Source of the DNA: Cenarchaeum sp.
GTDB lineage: Archaea > Thermoproteota > Nitrososphaeria > Nitrososphaerales > Nitrosopumilaceae
Length of the DNA: 64,000 nucleotides
Assembly: GCA_965212015.1 (NCBI GenBank)
Contig: OZ243037.1
Span: 1,632,001-1,696,000, forward strand
Reading direction: 5' to 3'
Shown here: positions 1 through 10,000 of the stretch, piece after piece
How the letters are laid out: each line of letters begins with the position of its first letter
How positions within the stretch are numbered: the first letter of the stretch is position 1
Program-made: the position numbers and the translations under genes
The notes under the pieces: generated by a model
Told to the model about the DNA's origin: nothing
What the model saw: only the letters and a program-made list of their open reading frames with translations
Databases searched by the model: none

Positions 1-1205
1 TTGCAGGCATCGCCGGCGACATGATCCTCTCCTCGCTTGTGGACATGGGCTCAGACAAGGCCAGGATAATAGACGGCATAAGGTCCGCAGAAAAGCTTCT
101 TGACGGCGTAAGGATAAAAAAAATCGACTTTGTAAGGGCCAGCAAGCACGGGATGGATGCGACCCGGATGGTGCTGGAGCTCGACGAGGACCACGACACC
201 GCAAGGGGGACTGTTATCATGGACTGCATAGGCAGGACGTGCGAAAAAATCGGGCTATCGGGGGAGGCTACTGCGTTTGCGGCCTCGTGCATCTCGACTC
301 TGATAGCCGCAGAGTCAAGAATCCACGGCGAGCCGGCAGATTCCGTGCATTTTCACGAGGCCTCCAGCTTTGACACGATAGCCGACATTGTAGGGACTGC
401 CATTGCAGCAGACGATCTCTCGCTGTTTGACGAGGAGATAGTCTGCACGCCGGTGGCGGTGGGAAGCAAAACAATAGAGTTCTCCCACGGCGTCTCCTCT
501 AATCCGGCAGGGGCGATACTTGAGATATTTAGGGATTCGGGCGTGATGATTCTGGGAAACCAGACCGGAAAAGAGATGACTACGCCCACCGGTGCGTGCA
601 TACTGGTAAACCTGTCTGGCTCCTGCCAAGAGTTTTACCCGATGATGAGAGTAGAGCATACGGGATACGGCGCGGGGGCAAGGGACTTTGAGGGTTTTGC
701 CAACGTCTTAAAGCTGGTCCGCGGCCCGAAAAACGAGGGCTATACGTCTGATACGGTAAACATACTAGAGACCAACATTGACGATGCCACAGGCGAGGCC
801 CTGGGACACATGATTGAAAAGACCATGCAGGCAGGCGCCAGCGACGTGACAGTCTCGCCGGCAATAACAAAAAAGGGGCGTCCGACGCACCTGGTCTCTG
901 TCATCTGCAGGCCCGGTCTGGCAGCGCACCTGGCCGATCTTCTCGTATCTGAGACGGGCACCCTGGGGGTCCGGGTGAGGACATCGGGGCGCATAAGGGC
1001 CTCCCGCCGCGCCCTGGAGGCCGGCATAACGCTCAAGGGCCGGGATTTTACCGTCCGCTACAAGGCAAACGACGCATCAGGCCGCTTTAAGATCGAGGCC
1101 GACGACATTAGGACGGTCTCCGAGTCCCTCGGGGAGCCGTTTGGACGCACAGAAGAATTAATCAGGAACGAGATAAACAGGATGGTACGGCATGAAAAAG
1201 CTTGA
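1..1205 (+). CDS. larC: Nickel pincer cofactor biosynthesis protein LarC (5' end outside window)
   Basis: Frame is open from the window edge (AGIAGDM N-terminal motif); also VHFHE, TPTGA, LETNIDD, TKKGRP and ETGTLGVR motifs. Confidence 0.92.
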   Translation, partial: AGIAGDMILSSLVDMGSDKARIIDGIRSAEKLLDGVRIKKIDFVRASKHGMDATRMVLELDEDHDTARGTVIMDCIGRTCEKIGLSGEATAFAASCISTLIAAESRIHGEPADSVHFHEASSFDTIADIVGTAIAADDLSLFDEEIVCTPVAVGSKTIEFSHGVSSNPAGAILEIFRDSGVMILGNQTGKEMTTPTGACILVNLSGSCQEFYPMMRVEHTGYGAGARDFEGFANVLKLVRGPKNEGYTSDTVNILETNIDDATGEALGHMIEKTMQAGASDVTVSPAITKKGRPTHLVSVICRPGLAAHLADLLVSETGTLGVRVRTSGRIRASRRALEAGITLKGRDFTVRYKANDASGRFKIEADDIRTVSESLGEPFGRTEELIRNEINRMVRHEKA

Positions 1206-1992
1206 CGATCTGACCGAATGGTTCGCCGGCAGGGGCGGCACACTCGTGGCGCTGTCCGGGGGAGTGGACAGCTCCCTTGTGGCGTATGCGGCGCACAAAA
1301 AACTGGGGAGCCGCGCAATAGCAGTCACTGCCGACTACAAGACGCTCTCCCGGGAGGAGCTGGCGTGCGCAAGGGCAGTCTGCAAGGAGATCCGGATACG
1401 GCAGATTCTGCTAGAGTATAATGAGCTAAAAAACGAGCAGTTTGTCCGCAACGACTCTGACCGGTGCTTTCACTGCAGAACGGAGCTTGCGCGGCGCCTT
1501 TTGGCGCTGGCCGGGCAAAACGGCATAAAGACGATAGTGGACGGGACCAACCTTGACGATCTGGGAGATTACAGGCCGGGAATCAGGGCGCTGCACGACA
1601 ACAATATACAGAGCCCGCTAGTTGAGACGGGATTTACCAAAGACGACGTACGGCGGGCCGCCCGGCATGCGGGCCTGTCAGTATATGACAGGCCGTCCAA
1701 TGCGTGTCTTGCATCCAGGATTCCCTGGGGACAGCGAGTCACCGCCGAAAGGCTGGCCAGGATTGAGCTCGGCGAGGCCCTGATTAAAAGCAGGACCGGC
1801 GCAAGGCAGATCCGCGTCAGGGACATGGACGGGATTGCGAAAATCGAAGTAGACCAGGAGAACATTGAGGAAATCTCCGGCGGCGCAGTCTTTGATGAGC
1901 TAGACTCACAGCTGCGGCTGATAGGGTTCAAGTCGGTAACTGTGGATCCCAGGGGATACCGCCAGGGCAAAATCAACGTGATTGCGGATTGA
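1192..1992 (+). CDS. larE: ATP-dependent sulfur transferase LarE
   Basis: PP-loop SGGVDS, RCFHC, DGTNLDD, RPG and CLASRIP motifs. Confidence 0.93.
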   Translation: MKKLDDLTEWFAGRGGTLVALSGGVDSSLVAYAAHKKLGSRAIAVTADYKTLSREELACARAVCKEIRIRQILLEYNELKNEQFVRNDSDRCFHCRTELARRLLALAGQNGIKTIVDGTNLDDLGDYRPGIRALHDNNIQSPLVETGFTKDDVRRAARHAGLSVYDRPSNACLASRIPWGQRVTAERLARIELGEALIKSRTGARQIRVRDMDGIAKIEVDQENIEEISGGAVFDELDSQLRLIGFKSVTVDPRGYRQGKINVIAD

Positions 1993-3146
1993 TATACCTG
2001 GACAATGCAGCATCAACGCCGGTACACCCTGAGGTGCTAGACTGCATGCTCCCGTACCTCCGGGACCTGTACGGCAATCCGTCGTCGATTCACCGTCACG
2101 GAAGGATTGCAGAAAAGGCACTGGCGCTTGCAAGAAAACAGATAGCCGGAATAATCAACGCCGCCCCCGGTGAAATCCTGCTGACCTCCGGCGGGACAGA
2201 GTCCAACAATACCGCCCTGTACGGGGTATCATTGCGCGGCAAAAAAAGGGGGATAATCACCACTGCGATAGAGCACGAGGCAGTCCTGGAGCCGTGCAGG
2301 AGGCTTGGGGGGATGGGCTTTGATGTGCGTCATCTCCCAGTCGACAAGACCGGCATGGTTGATCCCGACGAGCTTGACTGTGCAATATCTGACGATACGT
2401 GCCTGGTCTCCGTAATGCTGGCAAACAACGAGGTCGGCACCATCGAGCCCATTGAAAAAATATCCGAGATATGCCGCCGGCGCGGCATAGTGCTGCATTC
2501 TGACGCAGTGCAGGCAGTCGGAAAGATACCGGTAGACGTGGCCAAGCTGGGAGTTGATCTCTTGTCTGTCTCGTCGCACAAGCTCAACGGGCCCAAGGGG
2601 GCAGGCGCATTATACGTCCGGCGCGGCACCGGCCTGGATCCGCTCATGCTGGGAGGTGGACAGGAGGCAGGCCTGCGCTCGGGGACAGAAAACGTGGCAG
2701 GCATTGCGGGCTTTGGCATGGCCTGCGAGATGGCCGGCAAAAACCTGGATGCGAACCGCTCGCACCTTTGCGGGCTGCGGGACTATCTGGTGTCCCGGGT
2801 GCTCAAAGAGATACCCCTTGCATCCTGTAATGGCAACAGGCAGCACGTGCTTCCAGGCAATGCCCACTTTACCTTCCTTGGGGTCAACGGCGAGGATTTG
2901 ATAATCAAGCTCGACGAATATGGCATTGCCGCATCCACCGGGTCTGCCTGCTCTGTCAAGACCCAAAAGGCCTCCCACGTCCTGCATGCCATGGGCTTTT
3001 CGCACGAGCAGATCTCCGGCTCGCTGAGGCTCAGCGTGGGCCTCCTCAATACGAGGCAAGAGATCGAGCAGACGATAACTATTCTAAAGAGGATAATTAC
3101 CGAGCTCAGGGCAGTCTCGCCCTTCAAGGCCAAATACGGGTTTTAG
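1989..3146 (+). CDS. iscS: Cysteine desulfurase (IscS/NifS family)
   Basis: YLDNAAST, SGGTESNN, SSHK (PLP lysine) and STGSAC (catalytic Cys) motifs. Confidence 0.95.
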   Translation: MIYLDNAASTPVHPEVLDCMLPYLRDLYGNPSSIHRHGRIAEKALALARKQIAGIINAAPGEILLTSGGTESNNTALYGVSLRGKKRGIITTAIEHEAVLEPCRRLGGMGFDVRHLPVDKTGMVDPDELDCAISDDTCLVSVMLANNEVGTIEPIEKISEICRRRGIVLHSDAVQAVGKIPVDVAKLGVDLLSVSSHKLNGPKGAGALYVRRGTGLDPLMLGGGQEAGLRSGTENVAGIAGFGMACEMAGKNLDANRSHLCGLRDYLVSRVLKEIPLASCNGNRQHVLPGNAHFTFLGVNGEDLIIKLDEYGIAASTGSACSVKTQKASHVLHAMGFSHEQISGSLRLSVGLLNTRQEIEQTITILKRIITELRAVSPFKAKYGF

Positions 3147-3942
3147 GGCCCATCCTGTTTGAGAGGATCAGGACGGATACTATTGTTGCTGCAAAAACCA
3201 CCATTGCGGCCGCCCCGAATTCCGGGACTATGCAGGTGCCGATAATTGAAATCTCAGAGTCCCCCATCTCAAAGCCAATCTTGATGGACCTCGCATCTGC
3301 GGTCTCTAGTATATTTTCATACGGAACCTCTATGCTGTCGATCAGCGTTATAAACACCTCATCACCTCCGCTGCACCCGTTTGTCTTTGCATCGATTGAC
3401 TCCCTTGGGAGCTCCACTGTCATGCTTCCGTCCTTTGTGGCATCAATGTCTGCCACTAGTGCAAAGTTGTAATAGTCGATTGCAATGTCGTTTACCGTGC
3501 CCCCGTTGATCATGTATGATACGTCAAAGTCATCTGCGCTTCCGCCGTCGACTCTAAAGCTTCCGTCCTCCTCTGCGTCTTCTGCCATAAACTCAAAGTT
3601 CGTGCTGGTAGTGACGCCGACGCCGGCCCCGGAATTGTATATGGCCTCCACTGTGTATATTCCGTCCATGTTCCATTTCTTGCCCTGAGCGATGGTCGTA
3701 TGGGTGAATTTTTTGTCCTGCGACACTGGGATCTGGGCTATCTCGACGGTGCCGTCCCCAAAGATGATCTTGATTATCACCGGGGTCTTTTCTAGTATTG
3801 TAGAGACGCTTCCGGATATGATTATGATGTCGCCGCCGACATAGGAGTCCTTTGACGTCCTCACGTCTATCTCCAGCTGGCCAAACGCGGGAACCGCGGA
3901 CACTACTATAATGATTGCGATAAGAAAAAGCCAGCCGTTCAT
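3124..3942 (-). CDS. PEFG-CTERM surface protein 1
   Basis: Signal peptide from ATG 3942; C-terminal VPEFG + TM helix + basic tail; overlaps the iscS 3' end. Confidence 0.88.
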   Translation of the reverse strand: MNGWLFLIAIIIVVSAVPAFGQLEIDVRTSKDSYVGGDIIIISGSVSTILEKTPVIIKIIFGDGTVEIAQIPVSQDKKFTHTTIAQGKKWNMDGIYTVEAIYNSGAGVGVTTSTNFEFMAEDAEEDGSFRVDGGSADDFDVSYMINGGTVNDIAIDYYNFALVADIDATKDGSMTVELPRESIDAKTNGCSGGDEVFITLIDSIEVPYENILETADARSIKIGFEMGDSEISIIGTCIVPEFGAAAMVVFAATIVSVLILSNRMGPKTRIWP

Positions 3943-3997
3943 GTTGGTTGTTTCCCGCCAATCTATATTTCTTTTACTGTGCAATCGGCAGGTTTTG

Positions 3998-4053
3998 AAA
4001 AATGAAAAAAATGATGGTTTTTAGAACCGTGGCATTGCAAGCCTTGATCTTGT
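3998..4053. repeat. 56-bp direct repeat (copy 1; copy 2 at 4915-4970) covering the 3' end and T-rich terminator of PEFG genes 2 and 3
   Basis: 55/56 identical by direct comparison. Confidence 0.9.
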
Positions 4054-4875
4054 GGTAACTGCAATTATGGATACGATTGCAACTGCCAGTATCATTACTG
4101 CAATTGTGCCGAATTCCGGAATCACACAGGTTCCGCTAATCTCGATGCTTTGTGCCCCGCTGGAAAATGCGATATCCAAGCTGGTGCCGTCAAAGACATA
4201 GTCGTCTGCCTGCTCCCCGTCCACATAGACTAGGGGATCCCCGTCCTCGCTACAGCCCTGTCTTAGGGGCTGTATGCTCAGCACTCCGTCGTCCGTCGAA
4301 CTGATGGTGATGCTCATGGTGGTAAAATCGCCGCTAGTCGCGCTGGCTCCGGTGACAGTGCCGCCTGAAATGCTGTACGGTACGCAGCTGTTGTCTACGG
4401 TCAGCTCCGACTCGCCACATGATGCCTCTACTGGCCTTGTTGGCTGTTCTATGCCGTCTGTCAATTCTACAAGGACCCTGTTGTTTGTGCCGTGCTCGCC
4501 GTACTGTGCCCTGATCGTATACACGCCGTCATACTTCCACAATGTGCCATCCGTGTTGAAACTAGTCGAAAACCCGAGATTCTCATCAACTTCGATCTGT
4601 CGGATTACAATGACGCTGTTTGACGGGCTGGTCACCGTCAGCGTTATGTCAAATCCCGACTTGAGGTTTGCGACAGCGCCGCTGACTATGATCACCGAAT
4701 CGTGATCATAGGTCGAACTGTCAGTCTCGATGGTTATGGGAATTGTGCCATACGTTCCTATCAGTCCCTGGCCGGCGCCCACGTCGTCTGACAGCTGGGA
4801 GAATGCCGGCATTAGCGAGACTGCCCCAATAACTGCTATAACAGCTAGTATTGGACGTGATGTATGCGCGTTCAT
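4021..4875 (-). CDS. PEFG-CTERM surface protein 2
   Basis: Signal peptide from ATG 4875 (the ORF-track start is over-extended into gene 3); IPEFG-TM-RSRLAMPRF tail. Confidence 0.88.
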   Translation of the reverse strand: MNAHTSRPILAVIAVIGAVSLMPAFSQLSDDVGAGQGLIGTYGTIPITIETDSSTYDHDSVIIVSGAVANLKSGFDITLTVTSPSNSVIVIRQIEVDENLGFSTSFNTDGTLWKYDGVYTIRAQYGEHGTNNRVLVELTDGIEQPTRPVEASCGESELTVDNSCVPYSISGGTVTGASATSGDFTTMSITISSTDDGVLSIQPLRQGCSEDGDPLVYVDGEQADDYVFDGTSLDIAFSSGAQSIEISGTCVIPEFGTIAVMILAVAIVSIIAVTTRSRLAMPRF

Positions 4876-4897
4876 CTGTTTATGGCTTGATCCGTCT

Positions 4898-4927
4898 CTA
4901 TTTATGTATATGTAAAAAATGAAAAAA
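4898..4927 (-). promoter_or_regulatory. Duplicated terminator + TATA module between PEFG genes (second copy 5801-5830)
   Basis: 29/30 identical copies; minus strand reads TTTTTTCATTTTTTA(C/T)ATATACATAAATAG, ending ~23 nt before the ATGs at 4875 and 5777. Confidence 0.7.
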
Positions 4928-4937
4928 ATGATGGTTT

Positions 4938-5777
4938 TTAGAACCGTGGCATTGCGAGCCTTGATCTTGTAGTGACGGCAATCGTGGATATTATTGCAAC
5001 TGCCAGTATCAGCACTGCGATTGTACCGAATTCTGGAACTATCACGCAATCCTTAATCTCCACCTCTGCGGACTCTTTGTAAAAGCTGGACGTGCCCTGC
5101 TGTACCGTTATGGTATAGAATCCGTCCTGCTTCCACGTGGGGCACCCCACGCCGATGTCGGCGCTAAAGCTCCCGTCCGGGTTTGGTGTCGTCTGGGCCA
5201 CCGTGATCACGTCGCCGTTTGGCGCGCTGACAGTCATGGTGACATCCGTGTGCGTGCGCTCCGTGGTGCCGTCTATCCTGATGTTTGTGGCACCCTCTGG
5301 GGCATCTGCCGTAAATGTCAGCCCTACTGCATCCTCGCCTTCAGAGAGTACTGGTGTCCCAAAGTCAAGCGATGATTCCGAGGCCGAAGTCGTCACAATC
5401 AGACCGTCCTGAATCTCGACCTGGACTGATACCTGATACTGCGACGCGGTGCTCTGCTGTGCGCTGATTACGTACCTTCCGTCCTGCTTCCAGAAACTGC
5501 CGGTCTTTACCTCCTTGGTATAGGTGCCGTCCGGATTCGGGGTAACCTGATAGGCCGAGATGACGCTGTTGTTTGGCGACGTTACTGTGATGACTACGTC
5601 AGTTGACAGCGCCGTCTGCCCGCTTACCGTGAGCAGGGTGGATCCCTTGTCTGCATTTACATTTATGGACATTCCGGAATCCTGGGCAAAAGCATTGGAG
5701 AATGCAGTTCCCGCTATCATCGAAAAAGCCAGTAAAACAAACGAGGCCGTTCTTGCGCCCTTTTTGTCTAAGTTCAT
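4938..5777 (-). CDS. PEFG-CTERM surface protein 3 (two tandem Ig-like repeats)
   Basis: Signal peptide; internal repeat (TVTSPN..QVTPNPDG..WKQDG) occurs twice; VPEFG-TM tail. Confidence 0.88.
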   Translation of the reverse strand: MNLDKKGARTASFVLLAFSMIAGTAFSNAFAQDSGMSINVNADKGSTLLTVSGQTALSTDVVITVTSPNNSVISAYQVTPNPDGTYTKEVKTGSFWKQDGRYVISAQQSTASQYQVSVQVEIQDGLIVTTSASESSLDFGTPVLSEGEDAVGLTFTADAPEGATNIRIDGTTERTHTDVTMTVSAPNGDVITVAQTTPNPDGSFSADIGVGCPTWKQDGFYTITVQQGTSSFYKESAEVEIKDCVIVPEFGTIAVLILAVAIISTIAVTTRSRLAMPRF

Positions 5778-5839
5778 CTTGATAGGAATCGGATTTATTC
5801 CTATTTATGTATATATAAAAAATGAAAAAAGTGCCTAAT

Positions 5840-6658
5840 CTAGTATTTTGGCATTATACCGAGTCTTGACCTTGCCGAAACGGCGATTATCGAGACTATG
5901 GCGACTGCCAGAACCAGCACTGCGATCGTGCCGAATTCCGGAATTACGCAGGTGCCTATGATCTCAATCTCCTCGGATCCGTCTGTAAAGTTGATCGTCA
6001 GCTTTCGGGATTCCTCGCTTATCAGCTCGTCAAACTCCCTCTCTTGTCCGTCGATCAGGATAAAGAAGTCGCCGTCCTCCCCACTGCATCCGTCGTCGCC
6101 GAGCTTGGCGTCGATGATTGACCTTGGAAAGTCTATGATTAGCGTTCCGTCACTGGTGGTCTCTATTTCTATGATCAGGGCCTTTGACTCCTCGTTGGGC
6201 GTTATGCTGATGAGCTTTCCGCCTACTATAGTATAGCCGATTCCGATTCCATCTAGATCAAAGCTGGTATCGTCGCTTGGCGTATCAACAATGCCGCCTA
6301 TCTCAAACGTGGCAGTGGCGAACTTGGACTCGTTAACATAGATTACCTTTACAGTATATTCTCCGTTACGCTTTAGTGCCCCGCCTGCAGTAAATTCCGA
6401 GCTAAACGTCTTGTTTGCTGAGACGCTGGCCTGATCTATTGCAACAATGCTGCCTAGAGGATCGATTATCTGGACTGCCACGGGCTGGTTGAACAGCTGC
6501 AAAACATGCCCCTCGACTAGGATCTTCTCCCCGTTGGTATATGATGCCTTGTCTGTGGTGACCGTGATCGGCTCTGAGAACTGTCCAAACGCTGGAGAGG
6601 CCCCGATGGCTGCAATCAGGATTGCCGGTATGGCAAGCACCAAAAGACGTCTATTCAT
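5840..6658 (-). CDS. PEFG-CTERM surface protein 4
   Basis: Signal peptide; IPEFG-TM-RSRL tail. Confidence 0.88.
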   Translation of the reverse strand: MNRRLLVLAIPAILIAAIGASPAFGQFSEPITVTTDKASYTNGEKILVEGHVLQLFNQPVAVQIIDPLGSIVAIDQASVSANKTFSSEFTAGGALKRNGEYTVKVIYVNESKFATATFEIGGIVDTPSDDTSFDLDGIGIGYTIVGGKLISITPNEESKALIIEIETTSDGTLIIDFPRSIIDAKLGDDGCSGEDGDFFILIDGQEREFDELISEESRKLTINFTDGSEEIEIIGTCVIPEFGTIAVLVLAVAIVSIIAVSARSRLGIMPKY

Positions 6659-6838
6659 CAAGTTTACGCCTGAATGTATACTATTTAAGGTTATGAAAAA
6701 TAATCTTGACTAAAGGGAAAAAAATTTGGAATTAACGCCGATTTCAGACTAGATATATATTAACCTCTCGGTGCCAAGCTGACAGTTTGTTCACATTATT
6801 TTCAGCTACATCTAGTGTTTTTTTTGGAGATGTAATTT

Positions 6839-7090
6839 ATGGCAGTTAAAAAAATACCGATTCTCGTACCCGATCACATCTATGTTCCAAAGCACGAAAT
6901 CATTTCAAAAAAGGAGGCCCTAGAGATCCTCGCCGAGTTCAACTGCCAGCCAACTGAGCTGCCGCTGATATTCTCAAGTGATCCGGCCATTGTGGGACTT
7001 GGCGTAAAACCCGGCGACATGATAAAGATTACCCGGAAAAGCAGGACCTCCGGCAAGGGCATCTATTACCGATACGTGGTGGAGACCTGA
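6839..7090 (+). CDS. rpoH: DNA-directed RNA polymerase subunit H (Rpo5)
   Basis: HIYVPKHEII, LPLI..SDPA and YYRYV motifs; first gene of the rpo cluster. Confidence 0.96.
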   Translation: MAVKKIPILVPDHIYVPKHEIISKKEALEILAEFNCQPTELPLIFSSDPAIVGLGVKPGDMIKITRKSRTSGKGIYYRYVVET

Positions 7091-10000
7091 TGGCAGATCC
7101 CGCAAACAAGCGATGGCCCATCATACAGGACATCCTAAAAAGGGAGGGAATCGCAAGGCAGCACCTCAACTCGTTTGACGAGTTTCTAGAGCGCGGCCTG
7201 CAGAGCATAATCGACGAGGTCGGACAGATTGAAATCGAGAACGCCGAATATCCGTACAAGATCCAGCTCGGCAAGGTAAAGCTCCAGCAGCCGCGCATGA
7301 TGGAGCTTGACGGCTCGATCACGCACATCACCCCGGCGGAGGGAAGGCTGCGCAACGTCTCGTATTCTGCCCCGGTAATGATGGAGGCAAGCGTGGTGGA
7401 GGACGGAAAAACGCTAGAGTCAAAGTCGGTGCACATTGGGGACATTCCGACAATGATCAAATCCAACGCGTGCATACTGCACAGCTTTTCGACTCAAAAA
7501 CTAATAGAGCACGGCGAGGATCCAAACGATCCCGGGGGATACTTTATCATCAACGGCTCTGAGAGGGTCATAGTCGGCCTGGAGGATCTGTCGTACAACA
7601 AAATAATCGTCGACAGGGAGACAGTCGGAGGCAACGTCGTCTTTAAGGCAAAGGTCTACTCGTCCATAGTCGGCTATCGCGCAAAGCTGGAGCTTGTCAT
7701 GAAAAACGACGGCCTCATCGTGGCAAGGATTCCGGGCTCTCCTGTGGACATTCCGGCAGTCACCCTGATGAGGGCGCTGGGGCTTGAATCCGACAAGGAC
7801 ATTGCGCTGTCCGTCTCGCTCAACGACGGCATTCAAAACGAGCTGGAGGGCTCCTTTGAAAAGGCAGGCGATGTCCCGACGTCCAAGGACGCCATCGTGT
7901 ACATCAGCAAAAGAATCGCCCCCGGCATGCTCGAGGAGTTTCAGATCAAGCGCGCAGAGACCCTGCTGGACTGGGGACTGCTGCCGCACCTGGGAAAGCA
8001 TCCAGAAAACAGGAAGGAAAAGGCACAGTTTCTGGGCGAGGCCGCATGCAAGCTTTTGGAGCTGAAACTAAAGTGGATATATCCGGACGACAAGGATCAC
8101 TATGGCAACAAGGTGATAAAGTTCGCAGGCCAGATGCTAGCCGACCTGTTTAGGACCGCCTTTAGAAATCTGGTTCGGGACATGAAATACCAGCTGGAGC
8201 GATCAGGCCAAAAGCGCGGAATCAACGCCGTCGCCGCCGCAATAAGGCCGGGAATCGTGACTGACAAGCTCAACAATGCCATTGCCACGGGAAACTGGGG
8301 CCGCGGGCGCGTCGGCGTGACGCAGCTTCTTGACAGGACGAACTATCTTTCTACTATCAGCCATCTGAGGAGAATCCAGTCCCCCCTTAGCAGGACGCAG
8401 CCGAACTTTGAGGCAAGGGACCTGCACGCGACGCATTTTGGAAGGATATGCCCGAGTGAGACGCCGGAGGGCTCAAACTGTGGCTTGGTCAAGAACCTTG
8501 CGCTTTCTGCCATCATATCTGTCAACGTGGTCTCCCAGGAGATTGTGGAAAAGCTCTATGAACTGGGCACCGTCTATTTTTCTGAGGCAAAGGAGGATCT
8601 AAAGGCCGTGGGCACCAGGATCTTTGTGGACGGCAAGCTTGTGGGATACTATAAGGACGGCGAGAATCTGGCACAGGTGCTAAGGGATCTGAGGCGGACC
8701 TCAAAGATCCATCCGCACGTGGGGATTTCGTTTCACAAGCCCGAAGTCGAGGGTGCCACAAAGAGGCTGTACGTGAACTGTAATGCAGGACGGGTCCTCC
8801 GGCCGCTCATAATCATAAAAGACGGCAGGCCGCTTTTGACAAACGAGCTGCTCGACAAGATATCCAAAAAGCTCCTGGCGTGGACTGATCTACTGCGAAT
8901 GGGAATAATAGAGCTGGTGGATGCAAACGAGGAGGAGAACTGTTACAATACCCTGGACGAAAAGGACACCAAAAAACACACGCACCTTGAAATATTCCCG
9001 TCTGCAATACTCGGCGCCGGCGCCTCGATAATCCCGTATCCGGAGCACAACCAGTCGCCAAGAAACACGTACGAGTCTGCGATGGCAAAGCAGAGCCTTG
9101 GATTCTCCACCCCAATGATGAACACCAGCACCTATGTCCGGCAGCATCTCATGCTGTATCCGCAGACGCCGATTGTCAACACAAAGGCCATGAACCTTCT
9201 TGGCCTGGAGGACAGGCCGGCCGGACAGAACTGTATAGTGGCAGTACTGCCCTTTGACGGATACAACATTGAGGACGCAATAGTGCTGAGCAAGGCCTCC
9301 GTCGATCGCGGACTGGCGCGGACGTTCTTTTACCGGATTTATGACGCAGAGGCAAAGCAGTATCCGGGCGGCATGCGCGACAGCTTTGAGATTCCAAACG
9401 CCGAGGATAACATCCGGGGATACAAGGGCGAAAAGTCGTACAGGCTTCTTGAGGACGACGGCGTGGTGGCAGCAGAGTCGTCCGTTCTTGGCGGCGACAT
9501 TTTGATCGGAAAGACCAGCCCGCCGAGGTTCATGGAGGAGTACAAGGAGTTTGAATCAGCGGGCCCGTACAGGCGCGACACGTCAATCGGCGTCAGACCG
9601 TCTGAGACGGGCGTGGTGGATACCGTGGTCATGACAAAGTCCAGCGAGGGCGGCAAGATGTACAAAATCCGGGTGAGGGATGTGAGAATCCCGGAGATCG
9701 GCGACAAGTTTGCCGCAAGGCACGGGCAAAAAGGCGTGCTTGGAATCCTGGCCAAATGCGAGGATCTGCCGTACACGGCAGAGGGCATATCGCCTGACGT
9801 ACTGATAAACCCGCACGCATTTCCGTCCAGGATGACGGTGGGGATGTTCATGGAGTCAATCACCGGCAAGGCCGCCGCGCTTCGCGCAAGCAAGTTTGAC
9901 GGCTCGGCGTTTGTCGGCGAAAAGATGGACGAGGTAAGGGAGGTAATGGACGCATCTGGCTTCAAGTATTCGGGCAAGGAGGTAATGTATGACGGCCGGA

